Shown: one piece after another, positions 18,248 to 26,346 of the stretch
Position numbering within the stretch: the first letter of the stretch is position 1
Layout of the letters: each line of letters starts with the position of its first letter
From: Actinobacteria bacterium UBA7398
GTDB lineage: Bacteria; Actinomycetota; Actinomycetes; Nanopelagicales; Nanopelagicaceae
Length of the DNA: 39,603 bases
Direction of reading: 5' to 3'
Assembly: GCA_002470135.1 (NCBI GenBank)
Contig: DKNC01000067.1
Location: 18,836 to 58,438 of the forward strand
Notes under the pieces: model-generated
Seen by the model: only the letters and a program-made list of their open reading frames with translations
What the model was told of the DNA's origin: nothing
Databases searched by the model: none
Translations under genes and position numbers: made by a program

Positions 18248-19633
18248 CTAACCAAGACTGGCCCGCCAACAAACTGCGCCAGCGCCACTACGTTTTGCTT
18301 CATACATCGCCAAGTCAGCGCGGTGGAGTAATTCATTGCTTGGCTTATCCGGATCATTTAGCGCTTGGCCGATGGAGACATCAAGCTTCACTTGGTTAGC
18401 GGCGATTGTGAATGGATATGAAAGCGTTGCTCGTAACGCCAATGCACTCTCAAAACCTTCGCTACCTCTTATCAGCGCGCCAAATTCATCGCCGCCGAGT
18501 CGAGCTAATAGAGCGCTACTTGGTAGCGCTCTGGAAAATCTAGTAGCAACTTGACGAAGTAATTGATCTCCAACTTCATGACCAAAAGTGTCATTAATTT
18601 CTTTGAAACCATCTAAATCAAGAATTAATAGCGAACCTTCACCATTACGGAATGTTTCCAATTCTGCAAGGAATTTTCGGCGATTTGCTAATCCGGTTAA
18701 TTCATCAGTTCGAGCTAGAGCTCGCTCGCTACTTATAGCTTTAGCGTCAGTTAGCGCAACTAACATTCTCGCAAAAGCGAGTGTAATTGTGATAAATGCT
18801 GGCGCTAGCGAGCCAAAAGTAAAAAAATTTGGCTTCAGAATCGCAATTACCAATACTAATAAGCTTGCAAATAGCGCAAATGTTACGGCTATAGCATTTA
18901 ACTTGCTCTCCTTGTTGCTCTCATCACCCTTGTGCCAAGTTGATTCTGCGATGAGAATTATTGAAAGCAGCCAACCATCGTCGGTCAATGATCCAAAAGA
19001 ATAAGTACCTTGTGAAGTCGCCCATAAAAAATATAAGTCGGAGGTGGCAAATATTAAAGTGCCAGAGACCAATAATAAATTTCGAAGTGAGATTTTCTGG
19101 GAGATTGCGATGCTGCAAACTAGTGTGAAGAGCATCAGATCACCTAATGGATAAAAAATCGATAAGAAAACATCGAGTGAATTACCTGAAAAGGTGGCGG
19201 TAGCAGGTTTAATTAGGAGAATTCCAATTGCGGTAGTTGCCCCAAAAGCTACGATTATCGTGTCAAGAAATTCTAAAGATTTGCTGGTCCGGGAATTGCG
19301 CATCTGTCGGGTTAAGCCAAAAATAATAAAAGGGTAAAAGATTAAGTAGCCGGCATCAATTAATCTATCTGGAAATTGAAACCCAAAGAAAGAGTTCCAA
19401 GAAGAGGCTATCGAGCCAATCAGCCAGCTTCCTATTGCAAGGCTGATACCAATGCGGGCCCATCGATCATTTACTTTCGGTGATGCCGTTACCACGATTA
19501 GCGCGAAGAATGGCACCAAATTAAATATTAATAATTCACTCCACCAACTAGGCGTGGATAATCCACTGCGAATTCCCAGATGGAGAATGAGGATAACTAG
19601 AGCAGAGCTCCGGATAATCGGATAAATTCGCAC
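18248..19633 (-). CDS. Membrane-anchored diguanylate cyclase (multi-TM N-domain plus GGDEF)
   Basis: About 9-10 hydrophobic segments, then RTDELTGLANRR, DLDGFKEINDTFGH and an intact LGGDEFG. I see no RxxD I-site just upstream of GGDEF. GTG start. Confidence 0.88.
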   Translation of the reverse strand: MRIYPIIRSSALVILILHLGIRSGLSTPSWWSELLIFNLVPFFALIVVTASPKVNDRWARIGISLAIGSWLIGSIASSWNSFFGFQFPDRLIDAGYLIFYPFIIFGLTRQMRNSRTSKSLEFLDTIIVAFGATTAIGILLIKPATATFSGNSLDVFLSIFYPLGDLMLFTLVCSIAISQKISLRNLLLVSGTLIFATSDLYFLWATSQGTYSFGSLTDDGWLLSIILIAESTWHKGDESNKESKLNAIAVTFALFASLLVLVIAILKPNFFTFGSLAPAFITITLAFARMLVALTDAKAISSERALARTDELTGLANRRKFLAELETFRNGEGSLLILDLDGFKEINDTFGHEVGDQLLRQVATRFSRALPSSALLARLGGDEFGALIRGSEGFESALALRATLSYPFTIAANQVKLDVSIGQALNDPDKPSNELLHRADLAMYEAKRSGAGAVCWRASLG

Positions 19634-19660
19634 CCTAAATCGTAACGAGGGGCAAAAGTC

Positions 19661-20125
19661 ATGCGGAATAACGAATTGAATTTATCCACTGCGGAAGCTG
19701 TAATAAGAGAGTCATCACTTACCAGACGCGGAATCCTTTGTGGAATTGCCGCGATTTCCTTGGGGTTTATTCCAGAGCCGGCCATTGCAGCGAAAGGGGT
19801 AACGATTCTGCCCTCTGGGAAAGTAGAAGTACTAATAGCAAGTAATCCAACTCTGAAAAAGGTTGGTGGCTTAATTCAAGTTGATTTTACAAACGGACTA
19901 TCGGTTGCCGTAGTTAGAATTTCTACTGCTGCTAAAGGTTTTAAAGTATTGAATCTAGCGTGCACCCATCAAGGCGTTCCAATAAAGCAAACCGGAAACA
20001 CTTGGACCTGCCCGGCACACAATTCGCAATTCTCAATTGATGGAAAGTTAAAGCGCGGACCAGCTACTTCCGCGCTTCTAGAAATTCCGTTTAAAGCAAC
20101 CACTAAAAGCTTAGTGATTGGTTAA
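19661..20125 (+). CDS. Tat-exported small Rieske [2Fe-2S] protein
   Basis: SD GAGGGG lies upstream of the ATG. Twin-arginine motif LTRRGILCG. Rieske ligands CTHQG...CPAHNSQF. The extra disulfide cysteines of bc1-type Rieske proteins are absent. Confidence 0.85.
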   Translation: MRNNELNLSTAEAVIRESSLTRRGILCGIAAISLGFIPEPAIAAKGVTILPSGKVEVLIASNPTLKKVGGLIQVDFTNGLSVAVVRISTAAKGFKVLNLACTHQGVPIKQTGNTWTCPAHNSQFSIDGKLKRGPATSALLEIPFKATTKSLVIG

Positions 20126-20820
20126 AGGGTACAGATCAAATCTCGGTTAGTTTTTGCAAGATCTACCTGGGGTGCAATTACAGTTGGGTAACCAAGAACT
20201 TTATCTCTAGTCTTTTTCTTCGCATCAATATCTGCTTGGGTTTTTTTAAGTCCGGCAGATAAACGTTCCGCATTAGTAGCCCCAGTTTTATAACTAGTTG
20301 CGGCTTGGGTGCGAGCAGTTGCGGCTCTAGTCCACATGGTTTTAGTTGCAGCGTTAATGCCGGCTTGATTTGCTTTAGCTAAATCTGCATTAGCTAGAGC
20401 GGTTGAGCTCTCAGCTTGCGCGCGGTATTTAATAGCTTTCGCATCCCAAACGGCTGCGGCTGCTAATTTTGCAGGGAGCGCCGCTTCTAAAACTTTAATT
20501 TCAGCATCAAGTTTTGTAGCAGTCTCTTTAGATGAAGCAGTTATTTTTACAAGATCTGCCCGTGCTCCAAGTAATACTTTATGAGCATCTACACAAGCCA
20601 CGATAGTCCAAGTTAACTTGGCAGTTTTCTTAGTTTCAACTGTGTATGGGTTCTTAGTACAAATATATTTCTCGCCACTGATTGTGGCTGTGGCATTCGC
20701 TTTAGGGCAAACCGCTTTTGCTTTATTGGCTGCAAAAGATGGGGTTGCAACTACGGTTGAGATGGCAAGCGCTGCGATCGAAGTCATGGCTGCTAATTTA
20801 CCTAGGCGACGTACTTTCAT
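20122..20820 (-). CDS. Secreted hypothetical protein (Cys-motif module plus Ala/Lys-rich helical region)
   Basis: Strong SD GGAGGA before the ATG. Signal peptide ending SFA-AN. Module CPKANATATISGEKYICTKNPY...LTW, followed by long A/K/T-rich, predicted helical sequence. I recognise no family. Confidence 0.6.
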   Translation of the reverse strand: MKVRRLGKLAAMTSIAALAISTVVATPSFAANKAKAVCPKANATATISGEKYICTKNPYTVETKKTAKLTWTIVACVDAHKVLLGARADLVKITASSKETATKLDAEIKVLEAALPAKLAAAAVWDAKAIKYRAQAESSTALANADLAKANQAGINAATKTMWTRAATARTQAATSYKTGATNAERLSAGLKKTQADIDAKKKTRDKVLGYPTVIAPQVDLAKTNRDLICTL

Positions 20821-20957
20821 TTTTCCTCCGTTAGATCAAATCTGCCCTACCGGTTAAAACTTTTATGAGCAGGTTATTGGGCAATCGTAAGGGAATGGTG
20901 CTTATTAATTAGGTAAGAAAACTCGAGTTATCGCAGTGAATCTTCTGTGAACCTGAA

Positions 20958-21743
20958 TTACTTTGCTCGTTCTCGTTGTTTCACCCGTATGTTCATACCA
21001 ATTTTGCGAATCATGGGTCTAGGTCCGAATCGAGTTATAAAACTCAAAATTGCATATTGCCACCCAGGTACCGAGATTGCTTTTCCGTTTTGGGCTGCCT
21101 TCCATGAGTCCGCAACTACTCGGTCCGCATTTAGCCACATAAATTTTGGTAACCCACCCATTTTCATTCGACCACGTTGATGGAATTCAGTTCGGGTAAA
21201 GCCAGGGCAGAGCGCGCTCACATTTACTTTGGTGCCAGAAAGTTCGGTATGTAGTGATTCACTTATTACAGTTAAGTAAGACTTAGCGGCGCTATATGTT
21301 CCGCCAGCGATCCAGCCAGCAACGCTACTGACATTGATTATGGTTCCAGAATTTCGCACTTTCATGCCGGGAAGTACTGCGTGCATAAATCGCATAGGCG
21401 CACGTACTAAGACGTCCAAGAGTTCGGTCTCGGCTTTGATTTCGCTAACTGTGAATGCTTTATTTATCCCAAATCCAGCATTATTTATTAGTACAGAAAT
21501 CGGGCTAGTTTCAGAGCGAAGTCGAGCTTCAACTATTTCGCAATCCGCAAAATTAGTTAAATCGGCTCGTAATACTTCGGCTTTGATTCCATATTTTGCA
21601 GTTAATGAAGCAGCTCGTTCTTCTAATCTAGATTCATCTCGAGCCACCAAAATTAAGTCATAACCTTTATCAGCTAAAAGCCTAGTGAAAGCTTCACCAA
21701 TTCCAGAAGTTGCACCAGTTACTAGCGCAGTGCCGATTGCCAT
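20958..21743 (-). CDS. SDR-family oxidoreductase
   Basis: Start at the ATG at 21743, 4 nt after the upstream stop. Motifs TGATSGIGEAF, NNAG and YSAAK. The track's longer ORF overlaps the upstream gene. Confidence 0.88.
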   Translation of the reverse strand: MAIGTALVTGATSGIGEAFTRLLADKGYDLILVARDESRLEERAASLTAKYGIKAEVLRADLTNFADCEIVEARLRSETSPISVLINNAGFGINKAFTVSEIKAETELLDVLVRAPMRFMHAVLPGMKVRNSGTIINVSSVAGWIAGGTYSAAKSYLTVISESLHTELSGTKVNVSALCPGFTRTEFHQRGRMKMGGLPKFMWLNADRVVADSWKAAQNGKAISVPGWQYAILSFITRFGPRPMIRKIGMNIRVKQRERAK

Positions 21744-21747
21744 CGAT

Positions 21748-22974
21748 TTACTTCTTAACTTCAGCAATCTCTTCGTCACGAATATGCCAAGAAGTGCCAT
21801 AACTTTCGAGAAGCTCTAAGAATGGTTTTGGATCAAACCATTCTGGACCATTTACGCCAAGCGGCTTCCAGGTTTGATTATGAATTAGCTCCATTGCAAT
21901 TACTGGATTTATTGCAGTCTGCCAAACTACGGCTTGATCGCCATATTCCTTCATCGACCATTCATTATCTACAATGTTGTAGATGTAAATAGCTTTTGGG
22001 TTTCCAGCCTTATCTAGACCTTTAACAAGAGCGCCAGCACAAGTTTTTCCGCGCATTCGAGAGCCAAGTGTTGCAGGATCGGGAAGCGAAGCGGCAAGTA
22101 AATCGCGCGGTGAAACTGAAACACCTTGCACATCAACATTCTCTTTACGATCCATACCTAACATGTTGATGGTTTTAAGAATTTGAATAAATTCAGCGCC
22201 CAGGCCGTATTTAAAGTTAACTTTTTTGGCATCAATCTTTTGCGGAATTAGCACAACCTCTTCGTGCTCAACATTTACACATTCAACCGGTCCAATACCT
22301 TCTGGGAAATTAAAAATTTCCAATTCGCTAAATGGTGCGGTAGTGAACCATCCTCGACCATCTTCCCAAACTAGTGGTGGGTTTAAGCACTCTTCGATTG
22401 TGGTCCAGATAGAGAAAGAAGGTGCAAAATCATGGCCTTCGACGCGCAAATTAGAACCGTCAAGAATTGTAATTGAATCTATTTTGCTAAAAAGTTCATC
22501 ACTTGCATATTTAGCAAAAACATCACTCATGCCAGGTTCTACACCCATACCAATTAGCGCAAAAATCTTTCGCTCGTGCCAGTTCCAATCACGTGCGAAT
22601 TGTTCATCACCAAGTTTTACGCCAGTTTCGGTATTTGGATAATGAGGATGAGCACGCGAAAGTGACATCGCCATATCAATGTAATTAACATTCTCAATTT
22701 CGCAAGCTAAGAAAATTGGCATTACATATCGTGGATCAACTGCGTTAATAACAACATCTGGGTCAGCTTTTCGAATTAACTCTCGGATATCTTCAAGCTC
22801 GGCAGCATTAACTTGTGCGGCTGAGAAACGAGGATCCTTAACGCGATAGACGGCTTCTTCAGCGCGGGCAAGCGTTCTATCCGCTATCACCATAGAAGTA
22901 ATAAATGACCGGCGTGATGCGATATTAGCTATCGCTCTACCGACTCCGCCCGCTCCGATTACGAGGGCTTTCAT
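21748..22974 (-). CDS. Saccharopine dehydrogenase-fold NAD(P) enzyme (specific activity unknown; carboxy(nor)spermidine-dehydrogenase-like layout)
   Basis: 408 aa. Rossmann motif MKALVIGAGGVG and the DVVINAVDP...YIDMA pattern typical of the saccharopine dehydrogenase family. Confidence 0.75.
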   Translation of the reverse strand: MKALVIGAGGVGRAIANIASRRSFITSMVIADRTLARAEEAVYRVKDPRFSAAQVNAAELEDIRELIRKADPDVVINAVDPRYVMPIFLACEIENVNYIDMAMSLSRAHPHYPNTETGVKLGDEQFARDWNWHERKIFALIGMGVEPGMSDVFAKYASDELFSKIDSITILDGSNLRVEGHDFAPSFSIWTTIEECLNPPLVWEDGRGWFTTAPFSELEIFNFPEGIGPVECVNVEHEEVVLIPQKIDAKKVNFKYGLGAEFIQILKTINMLGMDRKENVDVQGVSVSPRDLLAASLPDPATLGSRMRGKTCAGALVKGLDKAGNPKAIYIYNIVDNEWSMKEYGDQAVVWQTAINPVIAMELIHNQTWKPLGVNGPEWFDPKPFLELLESYGTSWHIRDEEIAEVKK

Positions 22975-22983
22975 AACAAAACA

Positions 22984-23007
22984 ACTCCAAACAAGTTTTT
23001 TTGGAGT
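22984..23007 (-). promoter_or_regulatory. Hairpin in the leader of the saccharopine-dehydrogenase-fold gene that includes its SD
   Basis: On the minus strand, ACTCCAAA-aaaacttg-TTTGGAGT is followed by TGTTTTGTT and then ATG. The GGAG of the right arm is the only SD-like element. The shape also resembles a weak intrinsic terminator. Confidence 0.3.
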
Positions 23008-23081
23008 CTAGCCCAGCGCGCTATAAATAAGCAATTTACGCCTACTTTAAGCGGGTAATAGAATCGCGCAATATTAATTAA

Positions 23082-23154
23082 GTCCTCGTAGCTCAGTGGA
23101 TAGAGCAACCGCCTCCTAAGCGGTAGGTCGCAGGTTCAACTCCCGCCGAGGACA
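23082..23154 (+). tRNA. tRNA-Arg (anticodon CCT)
   Basis: Cloverleaf read by eye: acceptor GTCCTCG/CGAGGAC, D arm GCTC-AGTGGATA-GAGC, anticodon arm ACCGC-CTCCTAA-GCGGT, T arm GCAGG-TTCAACT-CCCGC (one A-C mismatch), discriminator A. No encoded CCA. Confidence 0.85.
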
Positions 23155-23165
23155 CTAAAATTTAA

Positions 23166-25277
23166 TTAATGAGAAATTGTGAAACGTTTGAGCGCTTTAG
23201 GTGCCCACCAATTTTGCTCGCCAAACAATCGCATTAATGCTGGAACTAAAAGTGCACGAATTAAGGTGGCATCTAGCAATAACGCAAACGCGACTCCAAA
23301 ACCTAGCATTTTTATTGATGTAACTCCGCTAACCATAAATGTTCCGAACACGACTGCAAGTAGGAGCGCTGCAGCAGTAATAATGCGAGCGGAACGTTGT
23401 AAGCCAGTTGCAACTGCTTCAACATTTGTTCGACCAGCTTCGTGTTCTTCTTTAATTCTAGAAAGTAGAAATACTTCATAGTCCATAGATAAACCAAATG
23501 CCACAATCGCAATCAAAATAACTGAACCAGTATCAAGGGCTCCAGTTACGGTGAAATCTCCCACCAAAAACTTAAGATGACCATCTATAAAAATCCAAGT
23601 AATAAGACCCATAGTGGCAGCAAGTGATGCAAAATTAAGAATCAGAGCTTTGATCGGCAGAATAATCGATCCAGTAAAAACAAATAGAAGCAAGAGGACT
23701 CCAATTGAAATCCAAAGCACAACAGGTGGAAGTTTCTTTGAAGTTGCACCTTGGGTATCAGCGTAATCTGCGGCCACGCCACCAACTAAAGTGCCGATTG
23801 GCACATTAAGTGCGCGCACCTGGTGAATTAACTGCTCCGCTTGTGGTGTTCGTGGTGGCATGGAATGAATTGCGACTAATCGAACATCTTCACCAACTAC
23901 TTGCATTTCACCAATTCGGACGATATCTGGAAGCTTAGCTAATTCAGATTTAAATTCAGTTATCGAGTTAATTTGGGAAGCGCCATTAGGAATAATGATT
24001 TCAATAGGATTTCCTTCTTGGCCAGAGAAATTTTCCGCAATAAATCGAGCCGCCGTAGCTGAATTATTTGATGCTGGCAAAACCCGACTATCAACTTGAG
24101 AGAACTTGATACCTTGAATTGGTGCGATTAAAACGGCAAGAATAATTCCGGTTAACATCACTACCGCGATCGGACGCTTCATCACAATTCGTGCGATATC
24201 TGCCCAACGGCCATCTTCTTTAGGCGTGATGGCACTTTTGCGGACGACACCTTTATCTATTTTATGACCCAGTAGCGCAAGGATTGCAGGTAGTGGAATT
24301 AACGCAGCTGCAACCGCAACCGCAACTACGGAAACTCCGGCATAACCCATGGATCGTAAGAAATCTTGCGGAAAGAAAATCAATGAAAAAAGCGTGATCA
24401 TTACAGTGATTCCGGAGTAGAAAACCGTCTTTCCAGCAGTTTTTAAAGTATTTACTATTGCGTCTTCTACATTTTTTCCATGATGGAGTTCTTCGCGGAA
24501 TCGGTTCACCATTAAGAGCGCGTAGTCAATTCCTAATCCAAGGCCTAAACCAGTAGTTAAGTTAAGTGCAAAAATTGAGACGCTAGTAAATAAAGTTATG
24601 AGATAGAGCACGAAGAAAGCGCCAAGAATTGCGGAGACTCCAACGAGTAACGGCATCGCAGAGGCGACCATCGCGCCAAAAATAAAGAGAAGTAGTACGA
24701 AAGTGAGTGGTATTGAAATAGTTTCGGCTAGCTTAAGGTCATCTTTGATTTTAGTATTTATCGAATTAGCGAATACCGCACCACCAGATGCGTAGATAGA
24801 TAAATTTTCAAATTTACCTTCATAAGTATCGCGGTAGTGACCTCCTAGCGCGTCAAAGCTACTGAAGTTGTCAGCATTTAAATAAACAAAAAGGTAGGCA
24901 GATTTGCCATCGTTACTCTTAAGCGTTGGCGCACCACCGGCGCTCCAAAATGAAAGCACACTATCGGCGCTTGGTTCACTTTTAACTTTAGCTTCAAATC
25001 GAGCAGCGCTGGCTACGACTTCTGGATCAGTTACAAGTTTCTCTGAGTGAATTACAAAAACCACAGCCGGGTCTTTAACTTTAAATGTATCTTCTAAATA
25101 TTTGAAAGCTTTTGCGGAATCACTATTTAGGTCGGAATAGCCGCCGCTATCAAGTCTTGAGAAAGCAAGCGATCCAACGCTGCCAAGGATTATTGCTGCT
25201 AATAAAAAGATAGAAAAGGTGCGCTTGCGGCGCTTAACTATTGCGTGACCGAGCGCTTCAAACACTTTAACTCCCAA
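23166..25277 (-). CDS. MMPL-family (RND superfamily) membrane transporter
   Basis: 703 aa. Two repeated halves, each with a TM bundle and the MMPL signatures GIDYALLMVNRFREEL and LSMDYEVFLLSRIKEE. TTG or GTG start. Confidence 0.88.
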   Translation of the reverse strand: MGVKVFEALGHAIVKRRKRTFSIFLLAAIILGSVGSLAFSRLDSGGYSDLNSDSAKAFKYLEDTFKVKDPAVVFVIHSEKLVTDPEVVASAARFEAKVKSEPSADSVLSFWSAGGAPTLKSNDGKSAYLFVYLNADNFSSFDALGGHYRDTYEGKFENLSIYASGGAVFANSINTKIKDDLKLAETISIPLTFVLLLFIFGAMVASAMPLLVGVSAILGAFFVLYLITLFTSVSIFALNLTTGLGLGLGIDYALLMVNRFREELHHGKNVEDAIVNTLKTAGKTVFYSGITVMITLFSLIFFPQDFLRSMGYAGVSVVAVAVAAALIPLPAILALLGHKIDKGVVRKSAITPKEDGRWADIARIVMKRPIAVVMLTGIILAVLIAPIQGIKFSQVDSRVLPASNNSATAARFIAENFSGQEGNPIEIIIPNGASQINSITEFKSELAKLPDIVRIGEMQVVGEDVRLVAIHSMPPRTPQAEQLIHQVRALNVPIGTLVGGVAADYADTQGATSKKLPPVVLWISIGVLLLLFVFTGSIILPIKALILNFASLAATMGLITWIFIDGHLKFLVGDFTVTGALDTGSVILIAIVAFGLSMDYEVFLLSRIKEEHEAGRTNVEAVATGLQRSARIITAAALLLAVVFGTFMVSGVTSIKMLGFGVAFALLLDATLIRALLVPALMRLFGEQNWWAPKALKRFTISH

Positions 25278-25374
25278 AATGGATTAATTACGGTAAATTA
25301 TCTATGCGCGATTATATTTGAGATACTTACTTTACGAAAATTGAAAATAATTTGGATTAGAAAGTGGGGTTAGC

Positions 25375-25482
25375 ATGAGTGAAATATTGCCAAAGGTCAC
25401 CACGGATGAGATTGATTTAGAAAAAGACGATAAAGATCGTGATGCTGAGATTAAGCGGGATAAACCACCACATCACGAATAA
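25375..25482 (+). CDS. Candidate 35-aa highly charged small protein (MSEILPKVTTDEIDLEKDDKDRDAEIKRDKPPHHE)
   Basis: Not in the ORF track because it is too short. ATG preceded by a G-rich GTGGGG. It fills an otherwise unexplained gap exactly, and its stop abuts the FmdB stop (TAATTA). No homology evidence is available to me. Confidence 0.35.
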   Translation: MSEILPKVTTDEIDLEKDDKDRDAEIKRDKPPHHE

Positions 25483-25755
25483 TTAATCAGTACTTGTATT
25501 TTTTGCCGCTGGTGCTGGTGTTGCCGCAGGCGCAGTAGCCGCTGGTGCGGGTGTTGCACTAGCGCTAGTACTCGCAGCTTTTCGCGAATCTGTTTTATAG
25601 AAACCCGAGCCTTTGAAAACTACACCTACATTGGAATAGACCTTGCGCACATCTTTGCCGCACTCCGGACAGTTAGATATTGGTGCATCCGAGAAAGATT
25701 GAACCGCCTCGAAGGCATGTTCGCACGCGTTACAGATGTATTCATAGGTAGGCAC
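25483..25755 (-). CDS. FmdB-family CxxC-CxxC zinc-ribbon protein (Rv0991c/Ruc-like)
   Basis: The family normally begins MPTYEY. Here GTG-CCT-ACC-TAT-GAA-TAC gives (M)PTYEYICNACEH...CPECG, followed by a disordered Ala/Pro/Thr-rich tail. The 74-aa N-terminal extension in the track is probably spurious. Confidence 0.85.
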   Translation of the reverse strand: MPTYEYICNACEHAFEAVQSFSDAPISNCPECGKDVRKVYSNVGVVFKGSGFYKTDSRKAASTSASATPAPAATAPAATPAPAAKNTSTD

Positions 25756-25810
25756 AAGGCATAATTCTAGATTGATGAGAGTATTGAGGCGAATCGAGTC
25801 GAAGTCAGGA

Positions 25811-26344
25811 ATGGGGCTAAGCGTGCGGAAATCGATAGTGGTTGCAGTTTTAGTTAGCTTCTTGGCTTTCGTTATGGTCAATCCCTCGTCAGCAAATTCT
25901 ATAATTAGTACATTTCCAGCAAGTAATGAAGTTTTAATGGTCGCACCTAATTCAGTAACCATAAATACTTCCGGCACTTTAATGGATTTAGGTAGCCAAA
26001 TAACAGTAGTAGATCCAAGTGGCGCTCGCGTTGATGATGGTTCTATAACCGTAGACGGAAAGAATTTAATAGTTGGGCTGAAACCATTAACTAATTCTGG
26101 AGCTTACTTAGTTACTTATGAGCTATTAACCGTAAACGATGTTCCACTCGATGGAACTTTTAAATTCATCGTGAATGGGTTATCAGAAATAACTAATTCT
26201 ACTAATTCACCCGCCCCAGAACCATCTAATGATGAATCAAATCCAAACAAGGTTACTGATTACTTGGTAATTGGGTTATTAGTTTTTGCATTCTTTATGC
26301 TAATTCTGCTCTCACGTTTTGCTAGAAAAACTTTTAGGAAGTAA
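25811..26344 (+). CDS. CopC-domain-like exported protein with a C-terminal TM anchor
   Basis: Signal peptide, then ISTFPASNEVL...GAYLVTYELLTVNDVPLDGTFKFIV, which aligns with the CopC beta-sandwich pattern. Hydrophobic C-terminal segment LVIGLLVFAFFMLILL. The start is approximate: ATG at 25811, with 25772 or GTG at 25823 as alternatives. Confidence 0.7.
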   Translation: MGLSVRKSIVVAVLVSFLAFVMVNPSSANSIISTFPASNEVLMVAPNSVTINTSGTLMDLGSQITVVDPSGARVDDGSITVDGKNLIVGLKPLTNSGAYLVTYELLTVNDVPLDGTFKFIVNGLSEITNSTNSPAPEPSNDESNPNKVTDYLVIGLLVFAFFMLILLSRFARKTFRK

Positions 26345-26346
26345 GA

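Noticed and set aside
23082-25277. tRNA-Arg as an integration site for a genomic island
   Set aside because: No integrase, recombinase or phage gene is nearby, and I could not see a direct repeat of the tRNA 3' end. The neighbours are ordinary chromosomal genes.
25756-25977. 74-aa N-terminal extension of the FmdB-like ORF (track start 25977)
   Set aside because: The FmdB family starts at MPTYEY, and a GTG sits exactly there (25755). The extension would overlap the divergent CopC-like gene and has no family-like sequence.
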